Below are positions 43,201-56,900 of a stretch of 64,000 nucleotides of DNA, piece after piece. Below the pieces are notes generated by a model. That model saw only the letters and a list, made by a program, of their open reading frames with translations. It was not told where the DNA came from and ran no database searches. Numbering within the stretch: position 1 is the stretch's first letter; each line of letters begins with the position of its first letter. This stretch comes from Dendrobates tinctorius (Eukaryota). The translations under genes were made by a program, and so were the position numbers. The stretch spans positions 8,060,001 to 8,124,000 of the forward strand of contig NW_027361869.1 of assembly GCF_039654945.1 (NCBI RefSeq), given 5' to 3'.

Positions 43201-45998
43201 TATAGCAAAATTTTCTAGTATTGCCAAGCCATTGACTGATTTGACTAAGAAGGGTGCTGATGTGTTAAATTGGTCTCCGGAGGCTGTTTCTTCCTTTCAG
43301 GAGCTGAAGCGAAGATTCACCTCCGCCCCGGTTTTGCGGCAACCTGATGTCTCACTTCCGTTCCAGGTAGAGGTGGATGCTTCTGAGATTGGTGCAGGAG
43401 CTGTTTTGTCCCAAAAGGATCCTGTAACATCTAAAATTAATCCCTGTGCTTTCTTTTCCCGAAAGTTCTCTCCATCTGAACGTAACTATGATGTGGGGAA
43501 TCGGGAACTGTTGGCCATGAAAGGGGCATTTGAGGAGTGGAGACATTGGTTGGAGGGAGCTAAGCATCAAGTCGTGGTCCTCACTGACCACAAGAATTTG
43601 ATTTACCTAGAGTCGGCTAAGCGCTTGAGCCCTAGACAGGCTAGGTGGGCTTTGTTTTTTTACACGTTTTGATTTTGTGGTTTCTTTTCTTCCTGGAACT
43701 AAGAATGTCAAGGCAGACGCCCTCTCTAGGAGCTTCTTTGCTGATTCTCCTGTGGTGACCAAGCCTGCTACCATCTTAGGCGAAGGGGTAGTTCTTTCTG
43801 CCATCTTGCCCGATTTGAGACGTGCTCTGGAAGAGTTCCAGGAGGACAAACCTGAGCGTTGTCCCAGTGGAAAGTTGTATGTTCCTGACCAGTGGAAGAA
43901 GAGAGTGATGTCTGAAGTTCATTGCTCTGCTTTGGCTGGTCATCCAGGTATTTTTTTTACTAGACATCTGGTGAGTCGATCTTTTTGGTGGCCCTCCTTG
44001 TCTCGTGATGTCAGGAATTTTGTGCAGTCCTGTGGGACGTGCTCCCGGTCTAAATCGTGTTCTCGCTCTAGTGGGTTGTTGATGCCTTTGCCTGTCCCCA
44101 AGAGGCCATGGACCCATATTTCAATGGATTTCATCTCTGATATGCCTGTCTCTCAAAGGATGACTGTTATTTGGGTGATTTGTGATAGGTTCTCTAAGAT
44201 GGTTCATCTTGTACCACTCCCTAAGTTGCCGTCTTCCTCTGAGTTGGTGCCCCTGTTTTTGCAACAGGTGGTTCGCTTGCAAGGGATTCCTGAGAACATT
44301 GTATCTGACAGAGGAGTTCAGTTTGTGTCTAGATTTTGGAGAACTTTCTGTTCCAAGCTGGGAATTCAGTTGTCCTTCTCCACTGCTTTTCACCATCAGA
44401 CCAATGGGCAGACAGAGAGAACAAACCAGACCTTTGAGTCATATTTGAGATGTTTTATTTCTGCTGATCAGGATGATTGGGTTTCATTTTTGCCCTTGGC
44501 CAAATTTGCTTTAAATAATGGAGCTAGTTCTGCCACTTTGATGTCACCTTTTTTTGTAACTTTGGGTTTCATCCTCGATTTTCTTCAGGGCAGGTGGAGC
44601 CCTCTGCCTGCCCAGGTGTTGACACTGTGGTGGAGAGAATGCACCAGATCTGGGACCAAGTGGTGGATAAGTTATCTCTCTCCCAGGAAAAGGCCCAGCG
44701 GTTTTCCAACCGACATAGGACCATTGGTCCCCAGTTTAAGGTTGGTGATATGGTGTGGTTATCATCAAAAAATATTGCTATGAAGGTGGCTCCTCCTAAG
44801 TTTAAGCCTAGATTTATTGGACCTTACAAGATTTTGGAGATTATTAATCCGTTCTCTTTTCGTTTGGCTCTTCCTGTCACATTTAAAATCCATAATGTGT
44901 TCCATAAATCTTTGTTGAAGAGGTTTGTTGAACCTGTTGTTCCGGGGGTGGCACCTCCAGACCCTGTATTGGTTGAAGGTAACATGGAATATGAGGTAGA
45001 GAAAGTACTGGATTCCCGTCTGGCTAGACGGAGACTCCAGTATTTGGTTAAGTGGAAGGGTTATGGTCAGGAGGATAATTCCTGGGTCTCTGCCTCTGAT
45101 ATTCATGCCAAAAGATTGGTGCGTGCCTTTCATCGGTCTCACCCGGATCGCCCTGGTGGCATGGATGAGGGTTCGGTGACCCCTCCTCAAGGGGGAGGTA
45201 CTGTTGTGAGTTCATTTTCCCCTTCACTACTGAGGCCCGATGAACTCCCTCTTCTGGTAAAGAAAGGTAGTGAGCCTGATTATCAAGCACCTGAGCCTAA
45301 TGATGATGACTGGCTGAGTGGAGTTACTGACTGGATATAAGGCCGCCGACGCCCTTCTGCCCTGCGGGTGAATTCTCTGTGGGATCCTTGGAGACCAGTC
45401 TGAATTCCTGCTCTTCTAAAGCTAAGTTTTCTGCTCGGCTTTTTGCATTTGTGCTTTGACTTTGTTTTGCTTTGTTTTTCTGGATTTCTGCCATTCCCTG
45501 CTGGGGTGAGCTGAATTCCTTTAGCTCTGTCTTCTGAAAATAACTGAGTGCTGATTTAGTTTTTGAAGCCTAGCTGCTTCAGGGTCTTTTTCCATATCAG
45601 CTTGTTGGCTTATGTCTTTGATAGGGTTTTGGCAGATTGCAGACAGCAACCTTTCTTTCCTGTTCTGTTTAGTTAGCTTGGGCCCCATCGTTTGCTCAGC
45701 CTATATTTCTATCTGTGTGAGTGTTTTTTCATCTTGCTTCAGCGTCATTATATGTTGGGGGCTGCCTTTTACTTTGGGGTCTGCTCTGGGGCAGTTTAGA
45801 TTTCCTTTTCTGTCTTTAGCCTAATTAGCTCTCCGGCTGTGATCGAGGGGTCTAGGGCACCGTAGGAATCCCCCACGGCTACTGCTAGTTGTGTTGATAG
45901 GTTCAGGGGTATTCAATCTGAGAGTTGCCAACTTCTCTTTTTTTCTGGACGTAGCTTCTATTTTTGTGTCTGCCTCCTACGGTGACTCAATCATACCA
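40217..45998 (+). mobile_element. Full-length Ty3/Gypsy chromovirus (Tf1/sushi-like) LTR retrotransposon
   Basis: 797-bp LTRs at 40217-41013 and 45202-45998, flanking GTTGGC repeat, PPT AAGGGGGAGGTAC, domain order gag-PR-RT-RH-IN-chromo. Confidence 0.96.
41146..45200 (+). pseudogene. Frameshifted gag-pol
   Basis: CCHC knuckle CFFCGDASHVISVC, protease VDSGA, RT YLDD, RNase H DAS, integrase GHPG/SDRG/TER, chromodomain YEVEKVLDSR..YLVKWKGY. Confidence 0.93.
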
Positions 45999-47257
45999 GT
46001 TGGCACTGATCATACAGCTCTGCAGGGAGTAGGTGGTGGCACTGATCATACAGCTCTGCGGGGACAAAGTGGTGGCACTTATGTTACAGCTTTGCGGGGA
46101 CAAGGTGGTGGCACTGATCATACAGCTCTGCAGGGAGGAGTTGGTGGCACTGAACATACAGCTCAGCGTGGACAAAGTGGTGGCACTGATCTTAAAGCTC
46201 TACAAGGATGAGGTGGTGGTACTAATCATACAGCTCTGCAGGGAGGAGGTGGTGGCACTGATCATACAGCTCTGCGGGGACAAGATGGAGGCACTGATGA
46301 TAAGGCTCTGCAGGGATGATGTGGTGGCACTGATCGTACAGGTCTGCAGGGATGAGGTGGTAGCACTCATCATACAGCTTTGCGTGGACAAGGTGGTGGC
46401 ACTGATCATATAGCTCTGAGGGGATGACGTGGTGGCACTGATCAAATAGCTCTGCAGGGATTAGGTGGTGGCACTGATCATACAGCTCTGCAAGGAGTAG
46501 GCGGTGGCACTGATTCAACAGCTGTGCGAGGAGTAGGCAGTGGTACTGATCATACAGCTCTGTGCTGACCAACTGGTGGCACTGTTCATGCGGTGACAAG
46601 GTGGTAGCACTGATTATACAGTTCTGCGGCGACAAGGTGGGGGCACTGATCATACATGTCTGCAGGGAAAAGGTGGTGGCACTGAACATACAGATCAGCG
46701 CGGACAAGGTGGTGGCACTGATCAGACAGCTCTACAGGGAGGAGGTTGTGGCACTAAACTGGTTTGCAGGGATGAGGTAGTGGCACTGATTATACAGCTC
46801 TGCAGTGAGAGGTGGTGGCACTGAAGATACAGCTGTGCAGGGATGAGGTGGTTGCACTGATCATACAGCTCTGCAGGGAGTAGGCGGTGGCACTGATCAT
46901 ACAGCTCTGCGGGGACTTGGTGGTGGTACTGATCATACAGCTCTGTGCTGACCAACTGGTGGCACTGATCATACAACTTTGTGGTGACAAGGTGGTGGCA
47001 CTGATTATACAGTTCTGCGGCTACAAGGTGGTGGCACTGATCATACAGGTCTGCAGGGATGAGTTGGTGGCACTGATCATGTAGCCCTGAGGGGATGACG
47101 TGGTGGCACTGATCAAATAGCTCTGCAGGGATTAGGTGGTGGCACTGATCTTACAGCTTTGCGGGGACAATGTGATGGCACTGATTATATATCTCTTTAG
47201 GGATAAGTTGGAGGCACTGATCATGCGGTTCTGCAGGGATGAGGTTGTGGCACTGAT

Positions 47258-50200
47258 AATGATAATAATAATAATAATACAAAATTTTATTTTTATAGCG
47301 CCGACATATTCCGCAGCACTTTACATTTCAAAGGGGATTTGTACAGACAATAGACATTACAGCATAACAGTAATCACATACAGTAGATTATAACAAATAC
47401 CAAGAGGAAAGAGGGCCCTGCTCGCAAGTTTACAGTCTATGAGGAAAGAGGTAGACACGAAAGGTGGGTGGTAACAGTTGCCCTGATTGTAGGAACCAGC
47501 CATACTGTTAGGTATGTGACAGTACGGACACAGAGGGCTAATGGATGCATAAAACATGTGAGAACATGATGCGGGAAAACTGCTTATGGTAAAACTTTTG
47601 GCTGTGCCACACGGGGATAGATTAGGTTAATGTGTTGAGGCGATAGACCAGTCTGAATAAATGCGTTTTCAGGGCACGCTTAAAATTGTGGGGATTGGGG
47701 ACTAATCGTATTGACCTGGGAAGTGCATTCCAAAGAATTGGCGCTGCACGTGTAAAGTCATGGAGACGGGAGTGGGAGGTTCTGACTATTGAGGATGCTA
47801 ACCTCAGGTCATCAGCAGAACGGAGGGCGCGGGTAGGGTGGTATACTGAAACAAGGGAGGAGATGTAGGGTGGTGCTGAGCCATGGAAGGCTTTGTGGGT
47901 GAGGGTAAAAGGTTTATACTGAATTCTGGAGTGGATGGGTAGCCAGTGTAATGACTGGCACAAGGTAGAGGCATCGGTGTAACGATTGGTGAGGAATATA
48001 ATCCTGGCTGCAGCATTCAAGACAGATTGGAGGGGGGAGAGTTTGGTAAGAGGGAGACTGATTAGAAGAGAGTTACAATAGTCGAGAGGAGAATGAATAA
48101 GGGAAACAGTAAGAGCTTTTGCAGAGTCAAAAGTAAGAAAAGGTCGAATTCTAGAAATGTTTTTGAGGTGCAGATGACAAGAGCGAGCCAGTGATCGAAT
48201 GTAGGGGGCAAAGGAAAGCTCGGAATCAAGTATGACCCCAAGACAGCGGGCCTTTTACTGGGGAGTAATAGTGGAACCACACACAGAAATAGCAATGTTG
48301 GGTATAGGTACATTAGTAGAGGGAGGAAACATCAGGAGTTCAGTCTTTGACAGGTTCAGTTTCAGATATAGTGAGGACATGATATTAGACACAGTGTTTA
48401 GACAATCGCCGGTGTTTTCTAGAAAGGCTGGCGTGATGTCAGGAGAAGAAGCGTATAATTGGGTGTCATCAGCATAGAGATGGTACTGGAAACCAAATCT
48501 ACTGATTGTTTGACCAATAGGGGCAGTGTACAAGGAGAAGAGGAGAGGGCCTAGAACCGATCCTTGGGGGACCCCAACAGTAAGGGGAAGGTGAGAGGAG
48601 GAGGAACCGGCAAAAGATACAGTAAAGGAGCAGTCAGAGAGATAGGAGGAGAACCAGGAGAGAACGGTGTCCTTGAGGCCAATGGAACGGAGCATAGTGA
48701 GGAGGAGCTGATGATCCACAGTGTCGAATGCTGCAGAGAGATCCAAGAGAATTAGCATGGAGTAATGACCATTTGATTTAGCTGTTAGCAGATCATTATA
48801 GACTTTAGTGAGGGCAGTTTCAGTGGAGTGTACAGAACGGAAATCGGATTGGAGAGGGTCGAGAACAGAGTTTTCTGAGAGATAGCGGATAAGACGGGAG
48901 TGGATCAGGCGTTCCAGGAGTTTAGAGATGAAGGGAAGATTAGAGACAGGTCTATAGTTAGCGGCACAGTTTTGGTCGAGGGATGGTGTTTTAAGTAGTG
49001 GATGTTTGATGGCAAACTTAAATGTGGAGGGAAAAATACCTGAAGAGAGAGAGGTTAAATAGTTTAGTTAGGTGAGGGGTGACAGCAGGGGAAAGGGACT
49101 GGAGGAGATGTGACGGAAATGGGTCACTGGTGCAAGTAGTTGGGCGAGAAGATGCAAGGAGCCTGCTTACTTCTTCTTCTGTGACTGGTTCAAAATCAGA
49201 GAGTGAGCTAGATGCAGTGGGGGAGGGAGGACAGTGCATGGTATGAGGTGATTGGGAGATAATTTCCTGTCGGATCTGGTCAATTTTTTCTTTGAAGTAA
49301 TTGGCCAGATCGTCAGCTCGGAGCTCCGAGGTTGGGGCCTGTACTCTTGGGTTGAGAAGAGAATGAAAAGTGTCAAAGAGACGTTTCGAGTTATTGGACA
49401 GTGAGGTGATGAGGGTGTTGAAATAGGTTTGTTTGGAGAGGTGAAGGGCAGTGTTGTATGTTCAAAGCATAAACTTATAATGGATGAAATCTTCGTGTAG
49501 ATTGGATTTTCTCCACAGACGTTCGGCGCACCTGGAGCACCGCTGCAGGAAACGTGTTTGGGAAACGTGTTTGCACCGTGTGCCAGGGTTGTCGCCGTCT
49601 GTGTTGTGGTGTTCTAGTTATAAGGGGTGCAAATTCATCCAGGGCACTTTGAAGTGTTTCATTGTAATGCTTCAATGCAGAATCAGGGCATGAGAGGGAG
49701 GAGATAGGGGCCAATGAAGACTGCAAGTTCTTCGTAAGTTTCTGGGTGTTAATGGCCTGTATGTTTCTATAAGTCTGGACAGTGGGGGTGACCTGAGCAG
49801 CCTGGCAGTTCTTGATAGAGAATGAAAGAAGATTGTGGTCAGAGAGCGGGAGAGGGGAGTTTGCAAAATCATCCACTGCACAAAGCCGAGAGAAGACCAA
49901 GTCGAGGGAGTTTCCGACTTCATGCGTTGGAGAATTAGTAAGCTGCGAAAGGCCAAATGAGGAGGTTAGAGATAAAAGGTGAGCAGCAGATGGTGAGAGG
50001 GGAAGAGCAATGGGAATGTTGAAATCTCCCATGATGAGGGTAGGGATGTCACAGGAGAGAAAATGTGGAAGCCAAGTGGCAAAATGATCCAGGAACTGAT
50101 GGGAGGGGCCGGGAGGACGATACACCACCGCCACTCGCATGGAGAAGGGGGTGTAGGGTCTGACGGCATGGACCTCAAAAGAAGGGAAGACAAGTGAGGG

Positions 50201-50959
50201 TACTTGAGGGATAACCTGAAAGGTACATTTTGGTGATAGGAGCAGACCAACGCCTCCACCTGCTCTACTGTCTGATCTTGGGGTATGAGAGAAGTGTAGC
50301 CCCCCGTATGAAAGAGCAGCAGCAGCGGTAGTGTCTGACTGCTGGATCCAGGTTTCAGTAAGAGCCAGAAGGTTAAGAGAATTAGAAAGGAAGAAGTCAT
50401 GGATGAAGGAGAGTTTGTTACAAACTAAGCGAGAATTCCAAAGTGCACAATTAAGAGAGACAGATGGCATGCAGGGAATATTAATAAGATTAGAGGGGTT
50501 TCTAAGTGTAGCAGTTGGGGGGTTTGACTTTCTATAACATGGGGGACCAAGGTTGGGAGCAATGTCTCCTGCGACTAGGAGAAGGAGGATAGAAAGAGTG
50601 AGCAGATTGTTAAGTGATTTGTGAGAGCGTCTCTGATGTTGAATGGTGGGACTGACTGGATCTGTGCAATTTAACAATGTGAAAAGAGCGTGAGTGCTAT
50701 ACATAGGAGAGGAAAGGAGCGAGGGGCCGATATGGATGGAGTGTAGAGAGTTAATGCAAGGGCGGTGGATGTGTGTGAATGCAGCGGCCAGGATATAAAT
50801 TATACAAATGCTTATGGTATATATTTGATGTGCTCCAAATGTACAGGGAGTAGATGTATATAAATGTCTTACCTGTCTCCTGCCCTGTCTAACTGCCATG
50901 CTATAACTGACAGTAGTACTTTGATTCATGTACTTCGATTACATGTGCATAAATGCCAC
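47258..50959 (-). mobile_element. L2-clade LINE (ORF2 endonuclease and RT, disrupted) with (TTA)n tail
   Basis: CALWN..LTETW..GGGVG..YRPP..GDFN..SDHN; [26 protein letters not shown]; tail at about 47258-47279; probable TSD CACTGAT (47251, 50960). Confidence 0.9.
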
Positions 50960-53900
50960 CACTGATCATACAACTCTGCGGGGACAGGGTGGTGGTACTG
51001 ATAATACAGCTCTGCAGGGAGGAGGTGGTGGTGCTGAACATACAGCTCTGCAGGGAAAAGGTGGTGGCACTGAACATACAGCTCAGCGTGGACAAGGTGG
51101 TGGTACTAATCAGACAGCTCTACAGGGAGGAGGTGGTGGCACTGAACATACTTGTTTGCAGTGATGAGGTAGTGGCACTGATCATACAGCTCTGCAGGGA
51201 TGAGGTGGTGGCACTGAAGATACAGCTCTGCAGTGATGAGGTGGTTGCACTGATCATACAGCTCTGTGGGGAGGAGGCGGTGGCACTGATCATAAGGCTC
51301 TGCAGGGACAAGGTTGTGTCACTGATCTTACAGCTCTGTAGGGATGAGGTGGTGGCACTGATCATACAGTTCTGCGGGGAGGAGGTGGTGGCACTGATCA
51401 TACAGCTCTTCAGGGAGGAGGTGGTGGCACTGATCATACAGCTCTTCAGGAATGAGGTAGTGGCACAGATCATACAGCTCTGCAGAGAGGAGGTGGTGGC
51501 ACTGATTATACAGCTTTGCAGGGATGAGGTAGTGGCACAGATCCTACAGACCTGCAGGGACAAGGTGGTGGCACTGATCATACAGCTCTGCAGTGACAAG
51601 GTGGTGACACTGATCATACACCTCTGCGGCGATAAGGTGGTGGTACTGATCATACAGCTCTGCAAGGACCAGGTGGTGGCACTGATCATACAGCTTTGCG
51701 GGGACAATGTGTTTGCACTGATTATACATCTCTTAAGGTATAAGTTGGAGGCACTAATCATGCGGTTCTTCAGGGATGAGGTTGTGGCACTGATCATACA
51801 GCTCTGCAGGGATGAGGTAGTGGCACAGATCATACAGCTCTTCAGGAATGAGGTAGTGGCACAGATCATACAGCTCTGCAGAGAGGAGGTGGTGGCACTG
51901 ATTAAACAGCTTTGCAGGGATGAGGTAGTGGCACAGATCCTACAGACCTGCAGGGACAAGGTGGTGGCACTGATCATACAGCTCTGCAGGGACAAGGTGG
52001 TGACACTGATCATACACCTCTGCGGCGATAAGGTGGTGGTACTGATCATACAGCTCTGCAAGGACCAGGTGGTGGCACTAATCAAACAGCTCTGCAGAGA
52101 CGAGGTGGTGGCACTGATTATACAGCTCTGCAGGGAGGAGATGGTGGCACTGATCATACAGCTCTGCAGGAAGTAGGAGGTGGCACTGATTATACAGCTC
52201 TGTGTGGATAAGATGGTGGCACTGATCATACAGCTCTGCAGGGAGGAGTTGGTGGCACAGATCACACAGCTCTGCAGGGACGAGGAGGTGGCACTGATCA
52301 TGCAGCTCTATAGGTAAGAGGTGATGTCACTGATCATACTGCTCTGCAGGGAAGAGGTGGTGACACTGATCAAACAGCTCTGCAAGGACGAGGTGTTGGC
52401 ACTGATCATACAGCTTTTCGGGGACAAAGTGGTTGCACTGATTATACATCTCTTAAGGTATAAGTTGGAGGCACTGATCATGCGGTTCTTCAGGGATGAG
52501 GTTGTGGCACTGATCATACAGCTCTTTAGGGATGAGGTAGTGGCACAGATCATACAGCTCTGCAGAGAGGAGGTGGTGGCACTGATTATACAGCTTTGCA
52601 GGTAGGAGATGGTGGCACTGATCATAAAGCTCTGCAGGGAGTAGGTGGTGGCACTGATCATACAGCTCTGCGGGGAGAATTTGATTGCACTGATCATACA
52701 GCTCTGCGGGGAGAATTTGATTGCACTGATCGTACAGCTCTGCTCGGACAAAGTGGTGGCACTTATGATACAGCTTTGTGGGGACAAGGTGGTGGCACTG
52801 ATCATACAGCTCTGCAGTGGCTAGGTTGTGGCACTGATCATGCAGTTCTGCAGGGATGAGGTAGTGGCACAGATCATATAGCTCTGTAGGGATGAGGTAG
52901 TGGCACAGATCATACAGCTTTGCAGGGAGGAGATCGTGGTACTGATCATAAAACTTTGCAGGGAGTAGGTGGTGGCACTGATCATACAGCTCTGCGGGGA
53001 CAATTTGATGGCACTGATCATACAGCTCTGCTCGGACAAAGTGGTGGCACTTATGATACAGCTTTGTGGGGACAAGGTGGTGGCACTGATCATACAGCTC
53101 TGCAGTGACTAGGTTGTGGCACTGATCATGCAGTTCTGCAGGGATGAGGTGGTGGCACTGATCATACAGCTCTGCAGGGAAAATTTGGTGACACTGATCA
53201 TACACATCTGCGTCGACAAGGTGGTGGCACTGATCATAAAGCTCTGCAGAGAGGAGGTGGTGGCACTGATTATACAGCTTTGCAGAGAGGAGATGGTGGC
53301 ACTGATCTGTGGGGACAATTTGATGGCACTGATCAAACAGCTCTGCTCAGACAAAGTGGTGGCACTTATGATACAGCTTTGCGGGGACAAGGTGGTGGCA
53401 CTGAACATATAGCTCAGCGTGGACAAGGTGGTGGCTCTGATCTTAAAGCTCCACAAGGATGAGGTGTAGGTACTAATCATACTGCTCTGCAGGGAGGAGG
53501 TGGTGGCACTGATCATACAGCTCTGCGGGGACAAGATGGTGGCACTGAACATGAAGATCTGCAGGGATGATGTGGTGGCACTGATGATACAGTTCTGCAG
53601 AGATGAGGTGGTAGCACTCCTCATACAGCTTTGCAGGGACGAGGTGGTGGCACTGATCATACAGCTTTTCATGGACAAGGTGGTGGCACTGATCAAACAG
53701 CTCTGCAAGGACGAGGTGTTGGCACTGATCATACAGCTTTGCGGGGACAATGTGGTTGCACTGTTTCTACATCTCTTTAGGTATAAGTTGGATGCACTGA
53801 TCAGGGATGATGTTGTGGCACTTATCATACAGCTCTGCAGGGATGAGGTAGTGGCACAGATCATACAGCTCTGCAGAGAGGAGGTGGTGGCACTGATTAC

Positions 53901-56900
53901 ACAACTTTGCAGGGAGGAGATGGTGGCACTGATCATACAGCTCTGCTCGGACAAAGTGGTGGCACTTATGATACAGCTTTGTGGGGACAAGGTGGTGGCA
54001 CTGATCATACAGCTCTGTAGTGACGAGGTTGTGGCACTGATCATGCAGTTCTGCAGGGATGAGGTAGTGGCAGCGATCATACAGCTCTGCAGGGATGATT
54101 CAGTAGCACAGATCATACAGCCCCGCAGGGATGAGGTGGTGGCACTGATCATACAGCTCTGCAGTGAAAAGTTGGTGACACTGATCATACACCTCTGCGG
54201 CGACAAGGTGTTGGTACTGATCATACAGCTCTGCAAGGACCAGGTGGTGGCACTGATCATAAAGCTCTGCAGAGAGGAGGTGGTGGCACTGATTATTCAG
54301 CTTTGCAGGGAGCAGATGGTGGCACTGATCATACAGCTCTGTGGGGACAATTTGATGGCACTGATCATACAGCTATGCTCGGACAAAGTGGTGGCACTTA
54401 TGATACAGCTTTGCGGGGACAAGGTGGTGGCACTGAACATATAGCTCAGCGTGGACAAGGTGGTGGCTCTGATCTTAAAGCTCTACAAGGATGAGGTGGA
54501 GGTACTAATCGTACAGCTCTGCAGGGAGGAGGTTGTGGCACTGAGCAAACAGCTCTGCATGGAAAGGTGGTGGCACTGAACATACAGCTCAGCGTGTACA
54601 AGGTGGTGGCACTGATCAGACAGCTCTACAGGGAGGAGGTTGTGGCACTGAACATACTGGTTTGCAGGAATGAGGTAGTGGCACTGATCATACAGCTCTA
54701 CAGGTATGAGGTGATGGCACTGAAGATACAGCTCTGCAGGGATGAGGTGGTTGAACTGATCTTGCAGCTCTGCAGGGAGTAGGTGGTGGCACTGATCATA
54801 AAGCTCTGCGGGGACAATTTTATGGCACTGATCATACAGCTCTGCTCGCACAAAGTGGTGGCACTTATCATACAGCTTTGTGGGGACAAGGTGGTGGCAC
54901 TGATCATGCACTTCTGCAGGGATGAGGTAGCGGCACCGATCATACAGCTCTGCAGGGATGATTCAGTAGCACAGATCATACAGCCTGCAGGGATGAGGTG
55001 GTGGCGTGTCACTGATCATACAGCTCTGCAGGGAAAAGTTGGTGACACTGATCATACACCTCTGCGGCGACAAGGTGGTGGTACTGATCATACAGCTCTG
55101 AAGGGAATAGGTGGTGGCACAGATCCTACAGACCTGCAGGGACAAGGTGGTGACACTGATCATACGTCTCTGCGGTGACAAGGTGGTGGTAATGATCATA
55201 CAGCTCTGCAAGGACCAGGTGGTGGCACTAATCATACAGCACTGCAGAGACGAGGTGGTGGCACTGATTATACAGCTCTGCAGGGATTAGATGGTGGCAC
55301 TGATCATACAGCTCTGCAGGCAGTAGGAGGTGGCACTGATTATACAGCTCTGTGTGGATAAGGTGGTGGCACTGATCATACAGCTCTGCAGGGAGTAGTT
55401 GGTGGCACTGATCATGCAGCTCTGCAGGTAAGAGGTGGTGTCACTGATCATACAGCTCTGCAGGGACAATGTGGTTGCACTGATTATACATCTCTTTAGG
55501 TATAAGTTGGAGGCACTGATCATGTGGTTCTGCAGGGATGAGGTTGTGGCACTGATCATACAGCTCTGCTCGGACAAAGTGGTGGCACTGATCATACAAC
55601 TTTGCGGTGACAAGGTGGTGGCACTGATTTACAGTTCTGTGGCGACACGGTGGTGGCACTGATCATACAGGTCTGCAGGGAGGAGGTTGTCGCACTGAAC
55701 ATACTGGTTTTCAGGGATGAGGTGGTGGCACAGATCATACAGCTCTGCAGAGAGGAGGTGGTGGCACTGATTATACAGCTTTGCAGGGAGGAGATGGTGG
55801 CACTGATCATACAGCTCTGCAGGGAGTAGGTGGTGGCACTGATCATACAGCTCTGCGGGGACAATTTGATGGCACTGATCATACAGCTCTGCTCGGACAA
55901 AGTGGTGGCACTTATGATACAGCTTTGTGGGGACAAGATGGTGGCACTGATCATACAGCTCTGCAGTGACGAGGTTGTGGCACTGATCATGCAGTTCTGC
56001 TGGGATGAGGTAGTGGCACAGATCATACAGCTCTGCAGGGATGTTTCAGTAGCACAGATCATACAGCCCTGCAGGGATGAGGTGGTGGCACTGATCATAC
56101 ACCTCTGCGGCGACAAGGTGGTGGTACTGATCATACAGCTCTGCAAGGACCAGGTGGTGGCACTGATCTTAAAGCTCTGCAGGGATGAGGTGGTGGCACT
56201 GATCATACAGCTCTGCAGAGAGGAGGTGGTGGCACTGATTATACAGCTTTGCAGGGAGGATATGGTAGCATTGATCATTCAGCTCTGTGTGGATAAGATG
56301 GTGGCACTGATCATACAGCTCTGCAAGGACGAGGTGTTGGCACTGATCATACAGCTTTGCGGGGACAATGTGGTTGCACTGATTATACATCTCTTTAGGG
56401 ATAAGTTGGAGCCACTGATCATGCAGCTCTGCAGGGATGAGGTTGTGGCACTGATCATACAGCTCTGCAGGGATGAGTTAGTGGCTCAGATCATACAGCT
56501 CTGCAGGGATGAGGTAGTGGCACAGATCACACAGCTCTGCAGGGACGAGGAGGTGGCACTGATCATACAGCTCTGTGGTGAGGAGGCGGTGGCACTGATC
56601 ATAAGGCTCTGCAGGGACAAGGTTGTGTCACTGATCTTACAACTCTGCAGGGAGTAGGTGGTGGCATTGATCATTCAGCTCTGTGTGGATAAGATGGTGG
56701 CACTAATCATGCAGCTCTGCAGGTATGAGGTGGTGTCACTGATTATACAGCTCTGCAGGGAAGAGGTGGTGACACTGATCATACAGCTCTGCAAAGACGA
56801 GGTGTTGGCACTGATCATACAGCTTTGTGGGGACAATGTAGTTGCACTGATTATACATCTCTTTAGGGATAAGTTGGAGCCACTGATCATACAGCTCTGC

